A stretch of DNA of 64,000 nt from Candidatus Latescibacterota bacterium (GTDB taxonomy: Bacteria; Latescibacterota; UBA2968; UBA8231): contig OZ241867.1 in assembly GCA_965203175.1 (NCBI GenBank), positions 6,304,001-6,368,000 on the forward strand, written 5' to 3'. A program made the translations under genes and the position numbers. This document shows positions 51,863 through 61,118 of the stretch, one piece after another (position 1 is the first letter of the stretch; every line of letters starts with the position of its first letter). The notes below the pieces were generated by a model that worked only from the letters and a program-made list of their open reading frames with translations, did not search any database and was not told the DNA's origin.

Positions 51863-53968
51863 TTAAGAGACTTGGGGCAAATGCAGTGTCACCGCTTGGA
51901 CGTGGTCGTATCCCCCCGGCGCGCGGATCGGCTGCCGCTGGCTTTCGACGTCCACGCTTGCGTCCTGACAAGTAAAGCGGTACGCACCCACTTCGGGCAA
52001 CACAAACCACGACGTACCCGCCAGATCGGCCCGCACGGCATAGGGCAGAACCGCCTGTCCATCCAGCGGAGTCACCACAACACAGGCGCGGGCGACCGGT
52101 TGCCCGTCGCGCACCACCCGCACCAGCACCTCCGGCAATCGCTCGTGCGCCAGCGGTCCCACATTCCGCTCGGCGAGCCGGCGGAACAACTCCTGCGACC
52201 AAGTAGTCGTCGCCGTTGGGCGCGAGACCGGCTGCTGCGGATCGCACCAGTTGAGACACAGCCGGTGCTTGCCCCACGCCGCCGACGTCCCCACACCGAA
52301 AGGATCAATGCGGGCGTCCGCTCCCGACTGCGACGGCCACGTAACTTTCACGTCGAGCGGTCCAACCAACATCCCCGGCACGTGGTCGGTAAAGCCTCGG
52401 TAATCCATGTCGGCGAGGAAAAACGTCTGTAGCCCGTGTACATTGCGCTCCGGCATTGAGGTCAAAAATTCCCACCAGCCTTCCGCCAGCGGCGGCTCTT
52501 CCTGCTCTCCCCAAGAGCCCCCGTCGAAGATGCCCGCCTCACCGACCCGAATCGGCTTCACCGGGAGGCCGCTGCGAATCGCCTCAATGCTCGCCTCGAT
52601 GCTCTCCAAGCTGCTGAACAGCCGGTAGCAATCAATCAGTCCAATCAACTCGTCCGTGGCCACAGACGGGTCAAAAGTAACTTCGGCGATGCGGCTGTCG
52701 TCGAGTTCCTTCACCTTGCGCAGCAGGGGCACGCAGTATTCGGGATCTCGCGCGTCCGTGATGTCCCAGAACAAGATCGACGGATGGTTGCGGACCGAGC
52801 GGATCCAGTAGTCGGCCACTGCTAGCTGATACGCCCTTACCAGTGCCTTCTCCCGCACGTCTATCTCCGGCGTGTACACCTGTCCCGTGCCGACGCAGAA
52901 ATTGGCCCCCACCACGAACACGCCAAGCTCGTCGGCCACGTCGTAAAACACCGGCGGCGGGTCGTAGCGGTGGTGCTCGACAATGCTGACATTGGCGTCG
53001 GCCAAATCGACGAACTTCCGCGTCAACCATTGGCGCTCGTACACGTACGGCACCGTGTGGTCGCCCCAAGGCATTAGCTGAATGCCGTTGAGCAGCAGCC
53101 GATCCTCCTCGGCCCAGACCTCGCGAAAACCAAAGCGAGTCACGACAGTATGCACGGCGCAACCTGCCGAGTGCAGTGAACTTTCGAGGAAGTACAGAAC
53201 CGGCTCGCCGTACGGCGGACGGCCCCAAAGCACGGCGTCTCCCCAAGGCGCTGCGGTCTCTAGACGACGACTCTCCCCTGGTGCCAGATCAAAATTACAA
53301 CCTTCGAGTTCCAACTCAGTCTCACCCGCGCAGCGCACCCGCAGGCGAATGTCGCCGTGGAACGCTTCCTCAGCATCGTTGCAGACCGTCAACCCAACGC
53401 GGATTTCGCGCTCCCGCACCGACGTGACGATCTGCACATCTTCGACCCGCACCCGCGACTCCCAGCTCAGCCACACATCCGACTCCATGCCAATGGTGGC
53501 GGCGCTCGTGTACCAGAAGCGAGTGTCGAGGGCTTTTTCCGCTTCTTCGCTCAGCCGTGGGGCGTCGGGATGCGCATAGCGGCCGCTGCAGTTGTGAGTG
53601 AACACGTCCAGCCGGTGATCGCGCGCCGGACGGATGCTATCAGTCAGATCAATGCGCCAAGGCAAGCGCATGCCGTAGTGCTCGCCGAGCACCTCGCCAT
53701 CGAGATAAGCGCGCCCAAAGTGACGGACCCTCCCCAAGTCGAGAACGATGCGCCCGTCTGCATCCCAGCCGTCGGGCAGGCGCAGTTCCGCGCGGTACCA
53801 ACCGGACTCAGGCGGCTCGTCTTCAAACTCGCGCGAGCGATGCGGCACGCGCACGCGCTCCCAGCCATCGGTCGGCGGATCGCCATCGGGTCCCTCGGCA
53901 AACTCCCACTCGCCGTTCAGCAGCAGGCGAACATCGCCGTTCATCCCCAGCGGCGATTGGCAGAACAT
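51863..53968 (-). CDS. Glycoside hydrolase family 2-like protein
   Basis: LNGEWEF, P.LYFL, FGFREV, ADELG, RNHPSILFW, KPI.VGE.G. Confidence 0.8.
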   Translation of the reverse strand: MFCQSPLGMNGDVRLLLNGEWEFAEGPDGDPPTDGWERVRVPHRSREFEDEPPESGWYRAELRLPDGWDADGRIVLDLGRVRHFGRAYLDGEVLGEHYGMRLPWRIDLTDSIRPARDHRLDVFTHNCSGRYAHPDAPRLSEEAEKALDTRFWYTSAATIGMESDVWLSWESRVRVEDVQIVTSVREREIRVGLTVCNDAEEAFHGDIRLRVRCAGETELELEGCNFDLAPGESRRLETAAPWGDAVLWGRPPYGEPVLYFLESSLHSAGCAVHTVVTRFGFREVWAEEDRLLLNGIQLMPWGDHTVPYVYERQWLTRKFVDLADANVSIVEHHRYDPPPVFYDVADELGVFVVGANFCVGTGQVYTPEIDVREKALVRAYQLAVADYWIRSVRNHPSILFWDITDARDPEYCVPLLRKVKELDDSRIAEVTFDPSVATDELIGLIDCYRLFSSLESIEASIEAIRSGLPVKPIRVGEAGIFDGGSWGEQEEPPLAEGWWEFLTSMPERNVHGLQTFFLADMDYRGFTDHVPGMLVGPLDVKVTWPSQSGADARIDPFGVGTSAAWGKHRLCLNWCDPQQPVSRPTATTTWSQELFRRLAERNVGPLAHERLPEVLVRVVRDGQPVARACVVVTPLDGQAVLPYAVRADLAGTSWFVLPEVGAYRFTCQDASVDVESQRQPIRAPGGYDHVQAVTLHLPQVS

Positions 53969-54006
53969 GCTATATCCCTCTCTTCTTCTCTTGAGTGGAT
54001 GTATGG

Positions 54007-54021
54007 GCTAAGGATATGCCA
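54007..54021 (-). promoter_or_regulatory. Possible sigma54 promoter for the GH2 gene
   Basis: Minus strand TGGCAT-N5-TAGC (GG-N10-GC retained). Confidence 0.4.
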
Positions 54022-54159
54022 AAATGTTAGTGAATCGACGGCAAAAGCTACGGGGCATTAGTTGGTTGGTCAATTACTGACGGCACGCATCGACCCCTTG
54101 GATAAGGAGAAGCTGGCGTGAACAGCATCCCATACCTGCATAACATCAATAACCCCTAC

Positions 54160-54196
54160 TGTCCAATAGTGAACACTCGCTGTCCGATAGCGCACA
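54160..54196. promoter_or_regulatory. Tandem TGT-N10-ACA enhancer-like sites
   Basis: TGTCCAATAGTGAACA (54160-75) and TGTCCGATAGCGCACA (54181-96), 21-bp period. Confidence 0.6.
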
Positions 54197-54295
54197 GCAC
54201 ACACCCTCCGAGCATTCCGTATCAACTGACATTAGAGCTGCAAAAGGGCCGATAAAAAGAGTTTGAGAGACGAACAAAAAATCGACTTAGTTTTG

Positions 54296-54320
54296 TAACG
54301 TATTATTTAACAGTAAGTTA
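54296..54320. promoter_or_regulatory. AT-rich 25-bp motif, IHF-like site (copy 3 of 3)
   Basis: TAACGTATTATTTAACAGTAAGTTA, between the enhancer-like sites and the sigma54 promoter. Confidence 0.55.
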
Positions 54321-54371
54321 TAGGTACAAAAAGAAAAAACAACGCGATTGACGACTGCTAACTCCCTCCAT

Positions 54372-54387
54372 TGGCACGATAGTTGCA
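54372..54387 (+). promoter_or_regulatory. sigma54 (-24/-12) promoter
   Basis: TGGCACGATAGTTGCA, exact TGGCAC-N5-TTGC consensus. Confidence 0.85.
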
Positions 54388-54437
54388 ATAGTGCGTACCG
54401 AAGCAACAACTCGCACTCTTCCACAAAGGAGGGCATC

Positions 54438-55328
54438 ATGCAACCCTTAGCCATTTTCGTCCTGATCGCCGCTTGGTTCACCGCCAGCACGGTCGCTGCC
54501 ATTCCCCATAGTCAGTACCGCGACTTTCCGCCCGATGCCGGCCACCAAGCCCGCCTCGACTACCTCAACGGCCTAGAGATGATCAAGGTTGAGTCTGGCG
54601 ACCAATTGCAGCAGGCCGTTGAAGCCATCCCCGTCGAGGCAGACATTGCCATCACTCCTCAGCAAGAAGCCGACCTGCGCGCTTGGCTCTACGACTTCTT
54701 GGTCGCCTTTTCCGTCTCGGGCAGTGACAGCCTCGCCTCCGAATTTTATCTGCGTGGGAGTATCAATCCCGAAGGAATAGCGGATATAAAAAGGCAATTT
54801 GAAGCCATTAAACTAGGTGGCCCCTTAACCGCCCAGCAGCTACAGGCAATGGGGATACAGATCCCCGAGTTACCCGTCGACGCAACCCCCTTTGACCTCT
54901 TCAAAGCCATGCACCGATTCGGCATCAGCATAAAGAGGGACGATCGCCACATAAACAGACGCGATTACTTCTTTGGCAACGCTTCTTTTTTCGACAGCGC
55001 CTATAGAGTGTTTGAGCTGCAAGGCAACTATTATGAGAGCTATCGGGGCTACGCCCAGACCCACGGTCTGATCCCCATGAGGCCTGCGGAGTGGTCTCCC
55101 AAGCTGAGAGGCGAGATTGAGGAAGGGCTAAAGGCAGGAGGGCAGTGGACAGCGGCCGAGTTCATGTTCATCGCCGAAGAGCCTGAAGAGTTCGCCGGCT
55201 CTGAGGAGCCGAGGTGCTACCCATTCTTCGTGCGACTCGTCTGGAGCCGAGTGCAGGACACATGGCGTCTTGTAGAAGCCTTCGCGCCTAATGATGCGCC
55301 GGTTATGTTTCTATTTAATGCCACGTGA
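54438..55328 (+). CDS. Hypothetical secreted protein
   Basis: ATG 54438 after AAGGAGG; signal-peptide-like N-terminus; no family recognised. Confidence 0.75.
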   Translation: MQPLAIFVLIAAWFTASTVAAIPHSQYRDFPPDAGHQARLDYLNGLEMIKVESGDQLQQAVEAIPVEADIAITPQQEADLRAWLYDFLVAFSVSGSDSLASEFYLRGSINPEGIADIKRQFEAIKLGGPLTAQQLQAMGIQIPELPVDATPFDLFKAMHRFGISIKRDDRHINRRDYFFGNASFFDSAYRVFELQGNYYESYRGYAQTHGLIPMRPAEWSPKLRGEIEEGLKAGGQWTAAEFMFIAEEPEEFAGSEEPRCYPFFVRLVWSRVQDTWRLVEAFAPNDAPVMFLFNAT

Positions 55329-55351
55329 TCCAGCCTGTAAGCAACGCGGAA

Positions 55352-55385
55352 GAAGCGGGCAGTTCACAAACGAACTGCCCGCTTC
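55352..55385. repeat. Perfect 14-bp-stem inverted repeat between convergent genes
   Basis: GAAGCGGGCAGTTC-ACAAAC-GAACTGCCCGCTTC. Confidence 0.75.
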
Positions 55386-55438
55386 CGCGGACGCCTGCCC
55401 CGAGCGAAGCGAGGCGGAGTCGCTTCACCTCGATGGAG

Positions 55439-57229
55439 TCATGGACTGATCGACAGGGGCGCGGATGGCCCTTGTCCACCGGTCGGCTCCAACCGGATAA
55501 AGGTCTTCAACAATTCCCACTGCCAAGAGTGCGGGAACCCGTAGGGGTCTTGCTGGCTCGGCCAGCCAGTCCAGCGGGTAGTGTTACAAGGATAGCGAAT
55601 AATTAGCTGCGCCAAGAAGATGTCGGGCAACTCCCCCACCCAGATTTCCATCGCCTCGACGAACAACTCCAACAGTTCCTCGTCGCCGACCTGCAGGGGC
55701 GCGATGCGCTCGACAATGCGGTCGAACTCCTCGTTGCGCCAGCGCGAGGTGGTCGACCACAGCGGTGCCGGCTGCCCCGTAGGCCGAAAGTACTGCGAGG
55801 TGTAGTAAGACAACATTAGGTAGGGGTCCATGCCGCGCACCCCACTCGGCCCCTTACAGCCGAGGGAAACCTTCTGCTCCCCCGTCTGCACAAGCGAGGT
55901 CAAACCGGGCGAGGTGTCAAAATTCGCATCAAAACCAGCGTCGCGCAGTTGTTGCGTCAGCGGCGGACCGTAGGCCCGCAGCCACTGCGGCACGTACATG
56001 GCGATCTCGACGTGCTCGCCCTCCGCGTTGACCCACAAATCCTCCTCGTCCTTGCGATAGCCTTTCCCCTCCATGATCCGATCCACCTCTTCCAAGTGCG
56101 GCTTGGTGTCGTACCCGTGCCGCGCGAGGATCTCCTGCAGAGCTTCGTCAAAAGGCGCGAACCATTCGTAGGGCGTGAAGGGATGCAGCGCAACCACGCC
56201 CGCCCCCGACTCGGCTAGCTGGACGAGTTTTTCTCGGTCGATGGCCATGCTAATCGCCCGGCGAATCTGCGGATCGTCAAACGGCGGCTCCGAGCAATTC
56301 ATGTTGAGGTCGATGGGACACCAGTCCAAGTAGCCATAGGGCGGCTGCCGATCGGAAAAGGTCACGACCCGTGCATTGCGCTCTAACACGCTTTCGAGGG
56401 TGAGCACCTGCATGATGGGCGCCATGTCGAGCTGATCAGTCAGCAGCAGTTGCGCGGCTTGGCTCTCCTCTTGCTGCGGCACATAGATGATTCGCTGGAT
56501 TCTCGGCAGCCGTTTAAACCCCGCCTTAGCCCCCCACCAGTCCTGGCGCAAATCGTAGATCTTCTGGTGCGGCGAAGCGTAGACTAGACGGTAGGGACCC
56601 GTGCCCAAGGGCAAGCCGCCCTCGATGTCGTGGAAGGTAAACTCTAAAGGATCCTGATCCTTCCAGATATGCTCGGGCAAGACGAAGATACCGTGGTTAC
56701 TACTCAGCGTAGTCGCCCAAAACGCCGGCCCCACCTTTTGCAGCACCAGCCGCACAGTGTGGTCATCAACAACTTCAGTGGAGTCGAAGAACTCAGGCAG
56801 GTCGGCCAGATGCACCATGGACTCGGCGTGATCGCGCAGCATGTCGAAGGTAAAAGCCACGTCGCGCGCGGTGAAGGGGACGCCATCCGCCCATTCGATG
56901 CCCTCGCGAATCTTCACGGTGAGCGCGGTAAAACTGTCGTTGTACTCCCAACTCTCAGCCAGCCAGTTCTCGTATTCCCCGGTGAGCACGTTGTACATAA
57001 TCAGCGGCTCGAACACCGCCGGCAGCGTGCCCATGTGGAATCCCTGATCGGAGCCGGGGATGTAGGGGTTCTGATTGTCGAACAGGGCATACTGATTCGG
57101 CCCACCGTTCATCAAGATCATGGTGCGGTCCCGAGGGACATCGTCTAGCACCACAGCCGGCCCGCAGCTAGCCAAAATTGCCCACGCCGCAAGCAGGAGC
57201 CAGCGACAAGTCCAGCCCATTCTCCACAT
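55439..57229 (-). CDS. ABC transporter substrate-binding lipoprotein, family 5 (OppA/DppA-like)
   Basis: Lipobox LASC, LAESW, W.DG.PFTA.DV.FT, GTGPY, RRAISMAIDR. Confidence 0.93.
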   Translation of the reverse strand: MWRMGWTCRWLLLAAWAILASCGPAVVLDDVPRDRTMILMNGGPNQYALFDNQNPYIPGSDQGFHMGTLPAVFEPLIMYNVLTGEYENWLAESWEYNDSFTALTVKIREGIEWADGVPFTARDVAFTFDMLRDHAESMVHLADLPEFFDSTEVVDDHTVRLVLQKVGPAFWATTLSSNHGIFVLPEHIWKDQDPLEFTFHDIEGGLPLGTGPYRLVYASPHQKIYDLRQDWWGAKAGFKRLPRIQRIIYVPQQEESQAAQLLLTDQLDMAPIMQVLTLESVLERNARVVTFSDRQPPYGYLDWCPIDLNMNCSEPPFDDPQIRRAISMAIDREKLVQLAESGAGVVALHPFTPYEWFAPFDEALQEILARHGYDTKPHLEEVDRIMEGKGYRKDEEDLWVNAEGEHVEIAMYVPQWLRAYGPPLTQQLRDAGFDANFDTSPGLTSLVQTGEQKVSLGCKGPSGVRGMDPYLMLSYYTSQYFRPTGQPAPLWSTTSRWRNEEFDRIVERIAPLQVGDEELLELFVEAMEIWVGELPDIFLAQLIIRYPCNTTRWTGWPSQQDPYGFPHSWQWELLKTFIRLEPTGGQGPSAPLSISP

Positions 57230-57232
57230 CGC

Positions 57233-58279
57233 TCATCCACCTCCGTAGGACAGGCCGGCGACCTGCTCTTCCGACAGCACTGCGGCGTCCTCGTAGAGAT
57301 AGCAAGCCGCAGCGCGGCCAGCATCGGTCTGCACCAGCGGCGGACGTTGCTGCCGGCAGCGCGGCATGACGTGGGGACAGCGCTCGGCAAAGGCGCAGTT
57401 GCCGGTAGCGTTCGCAACCTCTGCGCCCTCCTCCACTGTCGGCCCGCTATGCGTGACCTCAACCGAGCCTTCTCCCCAGCGGCGCTTTGCATCCGGCAGC
57501 GGAATGGAACTCACCAGTAGCTGCGTGTAAGGGTGCGTCGGTGCCTTAATAACCTGCTCCACGTCACCCACCTCGACCACTGCACCTTGGTACATAACGA
57601 GAATGGTGTGGCTCAGTTGGTACGCCGTAGTCAGATCATGCGTGATGTACACGAGACTAATGCCGCGCTCCCGGTGAATGCGAGACAAGGTCTCCAAGAT
57701 GGTAGCGCGCAACGAGGCGTCCACCATCGACACCGGCTCGTCGGCCACAATCACGCGCGGGTCGAGCAACAAGGCCCGCGCCACCATGATGCGCTGGCGC
57801 TGACCGCCGCTTAGCTGATGGGGATAACGCCCGAGGGTTTCCTCCGGACGCAGGCCGACCGCTTGCAGCCCCTCCTCAATCCGCTGCCGCCGCTCGGCAC
57901 GCGACAGTTCCGGAAAGAACTTGGCGATCGGTACCGTCAGGGAATGATCCACCCGGTAAAACGGGTTAAATACCTCAAAGGGATCCTGAAACACAGCTTG
58001 CACTTGCCGGCGAAACGTCTGGCGCGCCTTGGCGTCGAGATCGCGCAATTCCGTGCCCTGATAGCGCACCGATCCGTCAGTCGGAGGTAGGATCCCCAAC
58101 AGCAGACGCGCTAGGGTAGTCTTGCCACTCCCACTTTCCCCAGCAATGGCCACCACCACCGGATCGTCCTCCGGGATTACCAGCGAGGCATCGGCAACCG
58201 CGACGATCCGCTGCCGGTCAAACACACCGCCGCCAAAGGCTCGGCTCGCACCCCGCGCTTCTAATAGTGGCGTATTCAC
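57233..58279 (-). CDS. Oligopeptide-type ABC transporter ATPase (OppF/DppF-like)
   Basis: GESGSGKT, YPHQLSGGQRQR, DEP, C-terminal Cys motif. Confidence 0.95.
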   Translation of the reverse strand: MNTPLLEARGASRAFGGGVFDRQRIVAVADASLVIPEDDPVVVAIAGESGSGKTTLARLLLGILPPTDGSVRYQGTELRDLDAKARQTFRRQVQAVFQDPFEVFNPFYRVDHSLTVPIAKFFPELSRAERRQRIEEGLQAVGLRPEETLGRYPHQLSGGQRQRIMVARALLLDPRVIVADEPVSMVDASLRATILETLSRIHRERGISLVYITHDLTTAYQLSHTILVMYQGAVVEVGDVEQVIKAPTHPYTQLLVSSIPLPDAKRRWGEGSVEVTHSGPTVEEGAEVANATGNCAFAERCPHVMPRCRQQRPPLVQTDAGRAAACYLYEDAAVLSEEQVAGLSYGGG

Positions 58280-59259
58280 GAGACCTCAGTATGCAGGTGA
58301 CAAGCTGCCCAGCGCTCGGCAGCCACCACCTCCAACTCCGGCACGCGATCCGAGCAGCTATCCATCACCTGCGGACAGCGCGGATGGAAGGGACATCCCG
58401 GTGGCGGCTCCAGCAGCGAAGGCGGCAGTCCGGGAATGCCGCGAAACACGCCCTTGCGCTCCAGCGACGGCAGACTTTCTACTAACATCCGCGTGTACGG
58501 ATGCAACGGCTCTTCAAGCAGACTTTGCACCGGCCCAAGCTCGGCCAGCCGGCCGGCGTACATCACGCCGATGCGGTCCACGCATTGAGCCATCAGCCCC
58601 ATGTCGTGACCCACCAAAATCACCGCGGCGTCGAGTTCCTGCTGCACGCGGAACAAGGTGTCCATTACCCGCTTCTGCACGACCACGTCCAAGGCGCTAG
58701 TCGGCTCGTCGGCGATAATCACTTGGGGCCTCAAGGCCACGGCAATGGCCATGCCCACGCGCTGCTTCATGCCGCCGCTGAGTTCGTGGGGGTACATGCG
58801 CGCCGTCGCCGGGTCCAATTCGACCAGTGCCAGCAGACTTCTTACTCGCTCCTGCAGGGCCTCGCGGTCCGGCCACTCCTCGTGCGCCTCAATCGTGTCG
58901 GCGATCTGCGCACCCACCCGCATCACCGGATTGAGCGAGTTCATCACGCCTTGGGGAATCAAAGAGATCCGCGAAAAGCGCACGCCCCGCATCTCCTCCT
59001 CAGACAGCGACAACAACTTCAGTCCGTCGAGATCGACTCGGCCCCCCTCAATCCGCCCAGGCGGCCGAATCAGTTGCATTAGAGCCATGGCCGTCGTCGA
59101 TTTGCCCGAGCCGGATTCCCCCACCAAGCCCAGCCGCTCTCCCGACTGCAACTCAAAGCCAACGCCCTCCACGGCGCGCACCGGCCCCCTCGGAGTGTGG
59201 TAGTGGACGCGCAGATCCTGCACCCGCAGCACGACGCGGCTTTTGCGCTTGGCGTTCAC
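58276..59259 (-). CDS. Oligopeptide-type ABC transporter ATPase (OppD/DppD-like)
   Basis: GESGSGKS, YPHELSGGMKQR, GCPFHPRC; start set at GTG 59259 (GTGA overlap). Confidence 0.95.
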   Translation of the reverse strand: MNAKRKSRVVLRVQDLRVHYHTPRGPVRAVEGVGFELQSGERLGLVGESGSGKSTTAMALMQLIRPPGRIEGGRVDLDGLKLLSLSEEEMRGVRFSRISLIPQGVMNSLNPVMRVGAQIADTIEAHEEWPDREALQERVRSLLALVELDPATARMYPHELSGGMKQRVGMAIAVALRPQVIIADEPTSALDVVVQKRVMDTLFRVQQELDAAVILVGHDMGLMAQCVDRIGVMYAGRLAELGPVQSLLEEPLHPYTRMLVESLPSLERKGVFRGIPGLPPSLLEPPPGCPFHPRCPQVMDSCSDRVPELEVVAAERWAACHLHTEVS

Positions 59260-60113
59260 GACGAGACCTTCCATATGCGCGGATTGGCAATGCGGTCCAA
59301 TCCCATGGAGACGAGAAACAAGCCGAGAAAAATCAGCACGATCATCGCAATCGGCGGTGCCCACCACCACCACATTCCCCGCAGCAGCGAAGTGTAGAAC
59401 AAAGCCCAGTAAATGGTCATCCCAAGCGTAGGTTCATTCTGCGGCCCCAAACCCAGCGCCTCTAAACCAATCGAAGCCAACACCGCAGCCCCTACGGCAC
59501 TAACAAAGCTAGCCGCTAGATAGGGCAACAGATTCGGCAGCAGCTCGCGGGCGATGATCTCCAAGTCCCTCATGCCGGAGAGCCGCGCCACCTGCACGTA
59601 CGCGCGCTCGCGCATCGACAGCACCTGTGAGCGGATCGTGCGCGTCGGCAGCATCCACGCCAGCGAGGCCACCACGAGGGCCATCATATCGACCGTGACG
59701 GCTGTGCGCAGCGAAGTGGCCAGCACCACGAGGAACAACAGACCTGGCACAGTCAGCAGCACATCGGCAGCACCCCGAATCAAGGTATCCACTAAGCCAC
59801 CGAAGTACCCAGCGAGAAAGCCAAGGATAATACCGATACCAAGTCCCACGGCACCAGCGAGAAAGCCGACCCTAAGTGTTAGCGGCGTACCCGCCACCAT
59901 CACCGCGAGCAAATCCCGCCCCGCCGCGTCAGTACCGAGAAGGTGCTCCAGCGACGGCGACAGATTCGGTTCAGCAGCACCAACGCGGGACAAATCCGTA
60001 TCGACGAACAGGGTTCCCACAGGACCGAAGGCTAACACGACAAAGACGACGATTAAGCCGGCCGCAAGCTGGGGATGGCGGCGCGCCGCCGCGAAGATCG
60101 GCGAGAGCGTCAT
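59256..60113 (-). CDS. ABC transporter permease (OppC/DppC-like)
   Basis: HLLGTD..GRD, EAA-like loop, ELLPN. Confidence 0.93.
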   Translation of the reverse strand: MTLSPIFAAARRHPQLAAGLIVVFVVLAFGPVGTLFVDTDLSRVGAAEPNLSPSLEHLLGTDAAGRDLLAVMVAGTPLTLRVGFLAGAVGLGIGIILGFLAGYFGGLVDTLIRGAADVLLTVPGLLFLVVLATSLRTAVTVDMMALVVASLAWMLPTRTIRSQVLSMRERAYVQVARLSGMRDLEIIARELLPNLLPYLAASFVSAVGAAVLASIGLEALGLGPQNEPTLGMTIYWALFYTSLLRGMWWWWAPPIAMIVLIFLGLFLVSMGLDRIANPRIWKVSS

Positions 60114-61111
60114 CGGCGGTAGGCAATGCGCGGGTCGAGAAGCGGGTAAACCAAGTCGAGGATCAACGTCACCACAGCGATGGCCAAGATAACCATGAGC
60201 ACGACGCCGTAAATGACAAAGTAGTCAAAAGTCTGCACAGCTCGGTACAGCACCGTGCCCACACCCGGGTACGCAAACACCACCTCCACCAGCACAGCCC
60301 CAGACACGACATAACCCATGGCCAGCGCCAAAGCCGTTGTCTGCGGCAACAGCGCGTTGCGCAAGGCGTAGCGGAAGAAAATCTCGCGGCTCTTCAAGCC
60401 CCGCGCCTCGGCGTAGTTGACGTAGTCCTCGCCCTGGACAGTGACCATCATGCCGCGCATCGACAAAGCCCAAAACCCTACCGACGACAGCACGATCGAC
60501 AGAGCGGGGACGATGGAGTGATAGATCACGTCAATGGCAAAGGCCAAGGTCGGCCCAGGCAGCGTTCCCAAGGTAAAGCCCCCGCCGAGAGGAAAGGCGC
60601 GCAAGGTGAAACCTAGAAGAAAAACGAGAACTAGTCCGAGCAAGTAGTAGGGAATCGCCGACAGCGCCAAGAAAGGCGCGGCAAAGTAGTGCAGGGCACC
60701 GGGTGATCGCGGCCAAGCCAGCAGCGCGCCGAGCACCGTACCGAGGGCAAAGGCGATCAACGTCGCCGTCGTCAGCAGCCCGAGCGTCCACGGCAGGGCG
60801 CGCATGATAATGTCGGAAGCGCGGCTCGGAAAGTTGGCGATGGAGACCCCAAAGTCGAGGCGCGCCACATCGCCGAGATAGCGCAGATACTGCTTCCACA
60901 AAGGTTGGTCGAGACCGAAGCGAGCCTCGTACGTGGCTACCACGGCCTCCATGTCCGTCTTGCCCGCGCCGCCAAAGGAGACCGCCTGCAACAGGCGCTC
61001 GCGGATGGGGTTCACCGGGGCCATCCGGGGCATCAAAAAGTTGATGGTAGCCCCTGCCCACACGATCAGTAGGAACACTCCAAAGCGGCGGAATACGTAA
61101 TTAAGCGACAA
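60110..61111 (-). CDS. ABC transporter permease (OppB/DppB-like)
   Basis: GLDQP..QY, YALRNA, VEVVFAYPGVG, LDPRI; start set at TTG 61111. Confidence 0.93.
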   Translation of the reverse strand: MSLNYVFRRFGVFLLIVWAGATINFLMPRMAPVNPIRERLLQAVSFGGAGKTDMEAVVATYEARFGLDQPLWKQYLRYLGDVARLDFGVSIANFPSRASDIIMRALPWTLGLLTTATLIAFALGTVLGALLAWPRSPGALHYFAAPFLALSAIPYYLLGLVLVFLLGFTLRAFPLGGGFTLGTLPGPTLAFAIDVIYHSIVPALSIVLSSVGFWALSMRGMMVTVQGEDYVNYAEARGLKSREIFFRYALRNALLPQTTALALAMGYVVSGAVLVEVVFAYPGVGTVLYRAVQTFDYFVIYGVVLMVILAIAVVTLILDLVYPLLDPRIAYRR

Positions 61112-61118
61112 GTCAGCT

